In this document: positions 53,978-64,000 of the stretch, piece after piece
Numbering within the stretch: the stretch's first letter is position 1
Layout: the number at the start of each line of letters is the position of its first letter
Origin: Octopus vulgaris
Taxonomy: Eukaryota
Direction: 5' to 3'
Length of the DNA: 64,000 bases
Assembly (NCBI GenBank): GCA_951406725.2
Contig: OX597825.1
Span: 1,798,001 to 1,862,000, forward strand
Notes under the pieces: generated by a model
Told to the model about the DNA's origin: nothing
What the model saw: the letters and a program-made list of their open reading frames with translations, nothing else
The model's database searches: none
Translations under genes and position numbers: made by a program

Positions 53978-54820
53978 ATAGTGTCACAATGCTGCTCATA
54001 TCTTTGTAGCGGAAAAAACTGGAAGCCATTTAATGTAATTGTGTAACTGCTGTTCTTGCGTCATTTATCTATATACATACATACATTTATTTCTTACTCT
54101 CTCTCTCTCCTGCTCTCTCTTTCACTCTTTCTCTCTCTCTATATATATATATGTGTGTGTGTGTGTCTACATACACACAAAAAGAGAAAGAGAAAGAGAG
54201 AGAGAGTAGATGTCTAAAACATATTACGTTCATTTCGTTCCCGTTCGTTCCGAGTGCTGATCGGCTGGCGGCCAACAAGAAAGGCCGTTGTACCTGCGAG
54301 GGATTGTTCGAGATTTGTCACCTATTTGCTTGACTGTAGCCGAGTGCGTAGGTCGGAGGAGGCTGGCTGAGAGAATCAGGTTATGTACTCGCGCCAATAA
54401 GAATTTCACATGTATTTGCTTTGTATGCTTTCTGCAACTTGTTTGTACACTACAGTCAAATGTCGTGGCTCTGAAGTTTTGAAATAGTGTCAACTATTTA
54501 CTGTAGACAGAGTGATTCATAGTGATTCATATCATATCATCTAAAGTCAGGAGTAGGTGCTGCAAGAGCTAAAGAAGAATGATATGGAAAAATACAAAAT
54601 CAGGGCAGTGCTCCAGCATGACCGCAGTGACATGGCTGAAACGAATAAGAGAATAAAAGAATATGTGGGTGTGTGTGTGTGCGTGTGTGTGCGAGCGCGC
54701 GTGTGTGTACATATATATAGGAAAAGTGTAAGATTATGCTTGGTAGTTTTGAAGAAGTGGTATTACAAAACTAATTAAAGTACTCAATACTTCCAGAAGT
54801 AAATTTTGATATATTACATT

Positions 54821-54924
<104 letters not shown>

Positions 54925-54939
54925 CATATATATATACAT

Positions 54940-55049
<110 letters not shown>

Positions 55050-56381
55050 GTATGTATGTATGTGTGGATATAGGAACAAATGTGTCTCTTCTGCTCATAT
55101 GTGTGCGCGGGCGAGTGAATCTTTTGTAACAAGATAATTCTTCAGAACGCTTCCTCCAGCTTGACCGCAATTCAATAACTGATAAAAGATTAATTGGATA
55201 AAAGGTTATGCATAATCCATACTCAATTTGAAATATGTATTTAATGGTCATACGAATAATATAAATAAATGTCGAATCTTTAATAGATTAGATTTTTCGT
55301 TTCGTTTCATAGTTTTGAGCATGACACAAAAGGTAGGTTAATAGGCAGGTGGAGAGGAAGGAATGTTCTATTGTATTAATACACACATATGTGTGTGTGC
55401 GTGTGTGTATGTGTATGCATTTATGTATTTACACATACATAGATTCGTATGTATGTATATATATATCATATACGTGTGTGCATGTATACGCGTGTATGTT
55501 TATTGAATACGAGACAATGCTTTAGGCTTAAAATTTGTATTAAATATCTTTCGTGTTTTCTTCTATTTCCCTGGACGTTTTAAAGAGCTTCTCAGTATTA
55601 TCTTCCGTCGAAAATGGCTATCGTGGCGGTTGCCCATTAGTGCAGTTTTATTATTGGTGACAATCATGGGAATATTGTTCTGTCTGCTGTTCATTTGTTA
55701 CAAAGCAGGACTTGAAATTTTCTCACAGTGACGTCCGGTTTCTTTCAGCAATCAGGAAATGATTGTCTGACAGATTAGCTGCCAGACAATCAAATGTCAT
55801 TTATTGTCAGATGTACATCTAAATAAGTCAGTGCTTCATATCACGTCACTTGCAAACAGTGTTACGTTCATGGTCAAAACTTTCAGATTTTGATTGTCGA
55901 CTCCGTGATTAACCAGGTACGATAAGGTCGAACAACTCACCACTGGAAATGACAAATTCGCTGTAGCTTAGATATGTGTTTGTTTAGTTTGCATGTTGGA
56001 TTCCACTCTTGTGTGTATTTGTTTGTGACGGGAATTTCAACGTGCATTGTCTGGCTGATACCGCGATGATGCACGAACTTAATATCAAACTGTGATGCTT
56101 CTTATACATTCCTTTTGCAGTCAGAGGACTTTTGCAGTCCTCCATATCGGCAACAGAAGGTCTCTTTTAACTTCCGATACTTATTTTAGTGATTTTTATT
56201 TCTAACATCGTTGGTAAGGGATATAGACATACGGAATGAAAAATGCCACTTCTGAAAACGTATCAAATATAAACGTAGTCATATATATATATATATATAT
56301 ATATACATGCATGTATATATCCATACATTCATACATATCTATATCTATCTATCTATATTCTATTATTCATTTATTCTTTTT

Positions 56382-56563
56382 TTTCTTTATTATCCACAAG
56401 GGGCTAAACATAGAAGGGACAAACAAGGACAGACAAAGGGATTAAGTCGATTACATCGACCCAGTGTGTAACGGGTACTTTATTTATCGACCTCGAAAGG
56501 ATGAAAGGCAAAGTCGACCTCGGCGGAATTTGAACTCAAAACGTAATGGCAGACGAAATACGG
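56382..56563 (-). mobile_element. SINE family A, 5'-truncated
   Basis: CCACAAGGGGCTAAACATAGA...GAAAGGATGAAAGGCAAAGTCGACCTCGGCGGAATTTGAACTC. Confidence 0.9.
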
Positions 56564-56566
56564 ATA

Positions 56567-57083
56567 CGCGGCAATGCTGGAGCAGTACCTTTAGTCGAAC
56601 GAATCGAACCCAAGACTTATTCTTTGTAAGCCTAGTACTTATTCTATCGGTCTCTTTTGACGAATCGCTAAATTACGGGGACGTAAACACACCAACATCA
56701 GTTATCAAGTGAAGGTAGGGGGACAAATGCAGAAACAAATAACACAGACATGCATATATATATGTGTATATGTATATGAGGGACTGATTCGACGGGGCGT
56801 GTTCTGTCCTCACCTTCGAGGCACGCTGGAGTTGAGCTGGGGACAGCTGATGGGGGGGATTTTTCCTTGTGTGGTTGTCTTGTACTCTGTTTTTTCGTTG
56901 TTGGAAGGGTGGTCCGTTCCATGCTGTTTTTGCGTTTTCGTTTCTCGTTGAGTTCTACGTCTATTTGTGGTGTCCTGTACACACGTATATATATTTGTAT
57001 ATGGATGTATATATACATGTAGATGTAGGTACGTACATATATGTTTGTATGTATGCATATATTTTATGTATTACACTATTATA

Positions 57084-57116
<33 letters not shown>

Positions 57117-57125
57117 CTATATCTA

Positions 57126-57161
<36 letters not shown>

Positions 57162-57311
57162 CGACAGGCTTCTTTCAGTTTCCGTCTACCAATGCCACTC
57201 ACAAAGCTTTGGTTGGCCCGAGGCTATACTAGAAGATACTCAAGGTGTCACGCAGAACGACTGAACCCACAACCATGTGGTTGGGACACAAACTTCTTAC
57301 CACACAGCCAC
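56567..57311 (-). mobile_element. SINE family B whose internal microsatellite is interrupted by a ~210-bp unrelated insertion (about 56775-56985)
   Basis: The 3' half is at 56567-56750 and the head at 57161-57311. Between them are TA/CA repeats and a GC-richer unique block. Confidence 0.8.
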
Positions 57312-58829
57312 ACACACACACACACATACAAGCATTGTCGGAAGGTGCTACTCGGCTCGATCCGAATACTGTTGAAAACCCTTGCTGAAAATGAGATTGA
57401 ACCCGAGACCATGTGATTGAGAAGTAAACAGCCACGCCTATGCCTTTCTCCGTTACATATTAATATATTATGTTAACTGATTATGCCTGAGAAGATTTAA
57501 GGAGTCTGCGAATATGTTTTACTAAATACCAACCTTTTCCATAGCTTGGACCCTTTTAGATTTTTCGCTTCGGCCAACGAATTTGATCAGAAATACCAGT
57601 TATATTTCCGTATGACAGAGGGTAACTCAATCGATTTTGAACCTAGAAAATACCACCCTCCTATCTATTCTACCAGCACCACCCATGCCAAATTTGGCTT
57701 TGTGCCTAGTGAAACGAAATTGATATTTGGATATGACCGAGACAGAAGGACGCCGTGCTGGAAATATAGATTTACACACACATACATCCGCATATGCACA
57801 TACGCACAGAGATACATACACATTAACGCATACCCCCATATATGCAAACATACATATAGCCATTTATGCAGATACGTATACACCTACACATGTACATACA
57901 CACTCCCACGTTTGCATATATACACTTTCATACTCACATACACTGACACATGCACACGTACACATATATGCACATACACCCAACACTCACATAGACACGT
58001 ATACACATCTATACAGACACAAACACGCGTGTCTATGTATTATCCTATTCTGTATATAGATGTATGTGTGTATACGCGTATTGCTGTCTGTAAATATCTG
58101 TTTCACACATATATAGAAGCATGTGTGTATGTCTGAGTGTACATGAACGTGTGTATATGAATGGATGTTGGTGTGTATGTAAGTTTATCTAGGTGTATAT
58201 ACATGAGTACGAATGTGTATGTGCGTGTGATTGAGGTTGTGTGAGAGTGTGAGTCGGTGCGTGCTTGTGTGCGCGTGTGTGGATGTGTCGATATAGAGAT
58301 TATAAATAATAGCATTAAATGATGATATCCGTATTAGTGAAACAAGAAAGAGCAGCGTCCTTTGGCATTTCAGGTCTAATAGACTGTAGCAGAGAGATAA
58401 TGAGAGAAGATAAGTTGATTAAGGCTTATATTAAACTCTTAAAGTTAGTGTTGTTGTTATGGTTTAGTGTCCCGGGTCAGCCCTGATCAGAACAGAACCA
58501 TGATCAAAAAGTGGCCCAGCCGCTACTAACCCCTTTAATTTTTTTTTCCATTCAAATATAATGTATAGAAGTCTATCTGATGCGTAGTTTCCTGTTTAAA
58601 GACAGCAGGGGGTTGACCTGGAGGAAATTTGGCTGCTTAGACGTACCCTTGTGTTGTTGCTGTTGTGATTGTTGTTCTTCTTAGGTTGACCTACAAGTAG
58701 GTCAACACAGATTGAGCAGACCTACCGTCAGTGCCTTCCAGCCGTAACCACCCCATCTTCATTTTTTTGGTTTTGTTTTGTTCCTATCAATGTAATGAAT
58801 CTCATGTGCTTCGTTATTCAAGACGGTAG

Positions 58830-59117
58830 TACTGGGATAAAGCAAGGGTGGGGGTGAGAGAGGGAGGCGGGTTTATTACCCCTGCAACGCAGGAGTGATG
58901 GGGCGTAAAATATTTTTATTACTAACAGGTTTTTCAGTCGTAATATTGTGAAATGTTACGTTGTAAATTTATTTTTGACCTGTGGAGGGCGGTGATTAAT
59001 TCGTAATGTACGTGGGGTGAGTATTAATAGTAACAATTGAAACATTTCAGAGGAGGAAACGGGCGCCAAAAAATGACTTTATCACTAGGCGCTGAGGACC
59101 TTTAAGACTACGCTACA
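58830..59117. mobile_element. Degenerate hAT-like MITE
   Basis: G-rich 5' subterminus (AGCAAGGGTGGGGG), GGGCGCC internal motifs and a 3' end GACTACGCTACAG, similar in style to 31100-31287. No clear TSD. Confidence 0.4.
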
Positions 59118-60939
59118 GCAATATTTATGCGGATTGAAGGAAATTTAGTTGTTATTTCTAGCAGGCTGTGTGATCATGTATAGGTTTTCTTCGTTCGTTC
59201 AGTCCGCTATCTAAATTTGTAGAAGCTCCTTCGTCGACTCACAAATTCGAAAATAAACTTCGAATCACCAAAAGTTTGGCATTCTGCTCTATTATAAAGT
59301 AACTGTTAGCTTACTTGTTAGGAAAGACACTGGATTTTATTGGTAAAGGAGTTCAATGTGGTGCAAGTTTGGGAAGCAATCTTCTAACCTGTATAACCAC
59401 GCCTAATAAGGGAGTTTTTCCAAACACTCGAATTTAATACTTTCTCAATCTTGCTCATCAAACCAAAAATATTCTGGAACCCCGTTCCTATTCCAAGATT
59501 TACATTTGCACAATTTGAAGTTAAACAACGGGAAGGATTTCAACAATCTAGGATGATATGAAGGGTTTGAAGAAACTGAGCCTCCCTTACCCTTCATACT
59601 AAGTGGGATGGAGGCTAAAAAAAAAAGCCAACAGAAATTCTGACTTTTTAAAGATAACAGTTGATTACTGGAAAAATAAAAAAAGTACCCAACCTTTTCT
59701 CCAAACTTCTAACAAGGACGAATTATCGAAAAAGCATGTGTGCCGTGACAAAACAGAGGGCGAATTCTTACGTTTCGCGGCAGTGCCTTTTATTCGGATG
59801 AAGAATGATGAAAAGTTGAATTCATTTATATTTTTCCGATATTTTGCACATTTCAGTCATTGTATTGTGGTTATGGTGAGGGCGCTAACTTCAACAGATC
59901 TATGCCGAACGTATCAACTCTGTTTTGTATAATTCTTCTTTAAACAATCTTGGAAGGGGACGACAGGCAAAATGAACTGGTTCGGAAAGAGAAGCACCCG
60001 AGGGTTTTAAAATTATCAGAAGGTGTTTTCCTTCGACGTACAATTTTATGCTTCATACGGCAGTACACATACACACTTACACCCACCCTAATCTCACACC
60101 TACATACACGTGTGTGTTTGTGTGGTGGGGTGCGTGTGATGAGGTTTAGATCTTATATGTTTGTTCTTTCATATGTACTTATGGAAACATATACACGCAA
60201 ACACGTGCATGCACACACACCCATATATTCATATAACCACATACTCGTGTATGAGGGTAAGAAGCATATACCTGGCTGGTGGGAAAGCATTTAGAGTTAT
60301 TTAAACCCAAGCGACGTTTATTTTGTAAAACGATGAGCAGGTTTACCTAATTATAATGTGAACACAGCAGGCTTCGCTCCCGCATTTTATCACTATGCAT
60401 AAATTCATTGACACACAGCACCATCGCGGCAATCAGCCCCATCATCAGCACGCCTCCACAGAAGCATGTATTCTTATAAAACGTACTCATATGAGTACAT
60501 TTGCATTCTTTGTTTTGTATATAGGTTAGTCACTGCAGTACTGTTGCTCGGTGTCTTCTTGAATTCCCTTAACTCTCTGGTATTAGCTATGTTAGAGTCA
60601 AACCAGCATGGCCCCACAAGACCGGCTAAAAAGTAAGCAAACAACCGTTTCAATCATATTCTGCGGGCCTACAAAAAGTGGTTCACACTGGATGATATAT
60701 TACTAGATGTATTATATTTGAACAAAGGAGATGGTTATAGGTTAAAATGCCATTTGATCATAAGTCTTCTCAATCAGGATTGATTTAGAACTAAATCAAT
60801 TAGCATGAACTCTATCAGAGATTGTAGTCAACAGGAAAGTCTCCATGTAGTCGCTCAGTCTGCTAGGAACAGCTGCTTCGTGTGGGGAGACTACAGTGGG
60901 CAACAGTAATCTAGGCGTGATCGGGCAATCAATCAATCA

Positions 60940-61107
<168 letters not shown>

Positions 61108-61244
61108 GAAAGTGTACCTTTGTCTCTTATTACCGCCAACAATTCATTGGTAAAAACAGAGGGATTTGGAGGAAATTTGGTTGCTAGCACAGCAAGTCAT
61201 AGATTCACCGTTATTAGCTCCTTATATATTTTCCTTTACTTTTT

Positions 61245-61441
61245 TTTTCTACTCGAAATTTTTGTGGAGCGGGGCCAGTCGATTAGATCGACCTCAGTAC
61301 GCAACTGGTACTTAATTTATCGACTCCGAAGGGCTGAAAGGCAAAGTCAACCTCGGCGGAATTTGAACTCAGATCGTAAAGACAGACGAAATACCGCAAA
61401 GCATTTCGCCCGGCGTGCTAACGTTTCTGCCAGCTCACCGT
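61245..61441 (-). mobile_element. SINE family A, full length
   Basis: Ends GCATTTCGCCCGGCGTGCTAACGTTTCTGCCAGCTCACCG, the reverse-complemented head. Confidence 0.9.
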
Positions 61442-61610
61442 CTATTGGCTCCTTGTATTTATCACGAATTTGTGGCACGTAAATTTCTAAGGGATTTAAA
61501 AAGAAGCATCATTGTTGTTTTTGGTCTGTTTGACTGACTGACTGACAACACACACATTCTTTAACTTTCTCTCTCTCTCCATCTTTCTTTCTCCCTCCCC
61601 CCTCTTTATC

Positions 61611-61643
<33 letters not shown>

Positions 61644-61763
61644 TCTTAATGTAGTGTCGAGTAGATAAGTTGGACTGACAGTGCATTCAGTTATTCATGC
61701 TTCATAACTTCTTTTCAGTCTTCGACTTCCAGCTGTGTGCGCGTGCTCTAGTGCACACACACA

Positions 61764-61860
<97 letters not shown>

Positions 61861-62419
61861 ATACACAACGGTATATACGTACATGCATATGTACATACAC
61901 ATGCATTCGTGCTTACATACAAACCTGTGCTGATAGAACATACATTTCACAAAATCGCCCGTCTACCCCCCCCCCCTTCATCACTGCCATCGCAAGTACT
62001 TAATATTCCGATCTCTAACGGTTACTGATTCTTAACATAGTATTAGGTCGCAAATTTTAGAGAAAGGTGTTGTTCGCTAAATCGACCTAAATATCAAACT
62101 GCTACATTATTCTATGGACTACAAACAGAAACCAGAACCCGAAGGTACGCAATGTACTACCACAATGCATCTGCCATCCGCTGTCGTAAATTCCTTAGCA
62201 CTGAGTTCTAACAAACTTGAAAACAAGAATATGGAGAAGAAACTAGTCAATTCAACCAGTAACAAGACTCGACTGAGATCTACTTAATCGACCCTGGGTG
62301 AGGATGAAGGGTAAAATTTATCTCGCGGGGAATTGGAGTATCAAAGGGACAAAGTATAAGTGTCAATTAAAGGTATATTTTAAATGAGAATGGTAGTTGA
62401 GATTAACCCTTTCGGCTGT

Positions 62420-62607
62420 AGGTACAGGCCTGAAACTTTGGGGGCGGGGGTAATCAATCACATCGACCCCATTACCGTTACTTAATTTATCGATCCGAAA
62501 GGATGAAAAGCGAAGTCGATCTCGGCTGAATTTGAACTCAGGACCTAAAAACGAACGAAATGCCGCTAAGCATTTTGTCCGGCGTGCTAACGATTCAACC
62601 AGCTCGT
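62420..62607 (-). mobile_element. SINE family A, full length
   Basis: TTAATTTATCGATCCGAAAGGATGAAAAGCGAAGTCGATCTCGGCTGAATTTGAACTCAG...GGCGTGCTAACGATT. Confidence 0.88.
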
Positions 62608-63268
62608 CAGAAACGGAATGTTTTATTCAAGCATATGTGATTCACAGATCAAATTTTTATGAACATTTTTTTTTTCTCTCTTATAGAAAGGAAGAGTCCT
62701 GAAATGCCAGGATATTCCTTTGACTGTGGCGGACTTATTTTCCTGCATCTATAAACTTCACTACAGAATTCTGTTGGTGTGATATATAAATATGTGTGTG
62801 CGTGTGCTTGTGCGTGTGTGTGTGTGTGTGTGTGTGTACATACAAACACATGCAGAACACATTTATACGCAAATACACACACACACACACACACGATCCT
62901 GTGCATTTGGTCGTCTGCGTGTCTGTGGATAATGGTCCATAGCACCGTGAACGATAAGTTCAGAATACTTTCCTGAATGAATTCTTTGCCTAATCTCACA
63001 TCACACCATAATACTTTCCTCTGGGTTAGTGTGCTTTCTTTCTTTCCTGCCTTCCTTTTTTCCGTTTTTATTTTTATTTTTATTTATTTGTTTTTTTTTG
63101 TTTTTTTTTGTCCACATACAAATTTGAACTCTGTTCAACAAAGCGACAAGACAAGAACTCATCATGCATGCAGTACTTCGGTGGATTCCAATGCCTGCCA
63201 GGACGTTTATGTGGTCGGTATGCACACGAATACTTACTTACTTACGTACTTACACATACACACACACA

Positions 63269-63303
<35 letters not shown>

Positions 63304-63751
63304 AAGTAGATGAATAAAAAATGGTGAAGTAAATGTCTTCTCGACAACAACCCATTGCGGTGTGCATTTTAGACAATATGACGACGACCAATAACCTAGT
63401 GCTAGGTCAACTACATAATGCGTGTATGGTCTAGATTTTATTCCGGGGACTATACATACATACATACATACATACATACATACATACATACATACATACA
63501 TACATACATACATACATACATACATACAGACATACATACATACACACATGTATATATATGGTATTGTACATATATTATTTTATGTGTGTGTGCGTATATG
63601 CGTGTTTGCGAATATGTTGACACGTATATCTATAAAAGTTTCCATGCATATGGAATGAAGTTCCTTTACTTCTGCATACATATACTGAAATTGAACACCA
63701 AACTTACATACATACACACATACTTACATACATACATGCATAAATACATAA

Positions 63752-63806
<55 letters not shown>

Positions 63807-64000
63807 TATATGATTCTTCTTGATTGCTACACCTCTGTAATCCAGATTAGAATATTGTCAACAGACTGATACAAGTTTTCTGTTTAGACTCTAGTACTGG
63901 ATTTACCATTGTGCTTAGGTCTACTAAAGCGCAGGCCCCGTTGACCAGGTGGGGGGGGATCTACCTGCTCCCAAAACATAATACGATGAATTTGCTGAGC

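Overview
This is eukaryotic, AT-rich, microsatellite-saturated non-coding DNA. Its composition and SINE repertoire point to an octopus-like cephalopod (inference). Almost all ORFs in the track are microsatellite artefacts, and no complete gene is visible. The window holds many tRNA-derived SINE copies from about four families, CR1-like and Vingi-like LINE 3' fragments, a DD37D (maT) Tc1/mariner transposase fossil, and pogo- and hAT-type MITEs. It also has one possible CARD-like coding exon on the minus strand at about 41.3-41.6 kb. The main discovery is a cluster of small hammerhead-ribozyme (HHR) mobile elements from several unrelated families at about 45.9-51.5 kb, most built as inverted repeats like Penelope pseudo-LTRs. 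The clearest (51001-51436) reads [inverted HHR arm]-[tRNA/Pol III head]-[(AAT)n(AAC)n]-[HHR arm]. It has a target-site duplication and splits the mariner fossil, so it moved as one unit: a candidate Penelope-mobilised ribozyme SINE/retrozyme. All structures and alignments were read by eye; nothing was computed or searched.
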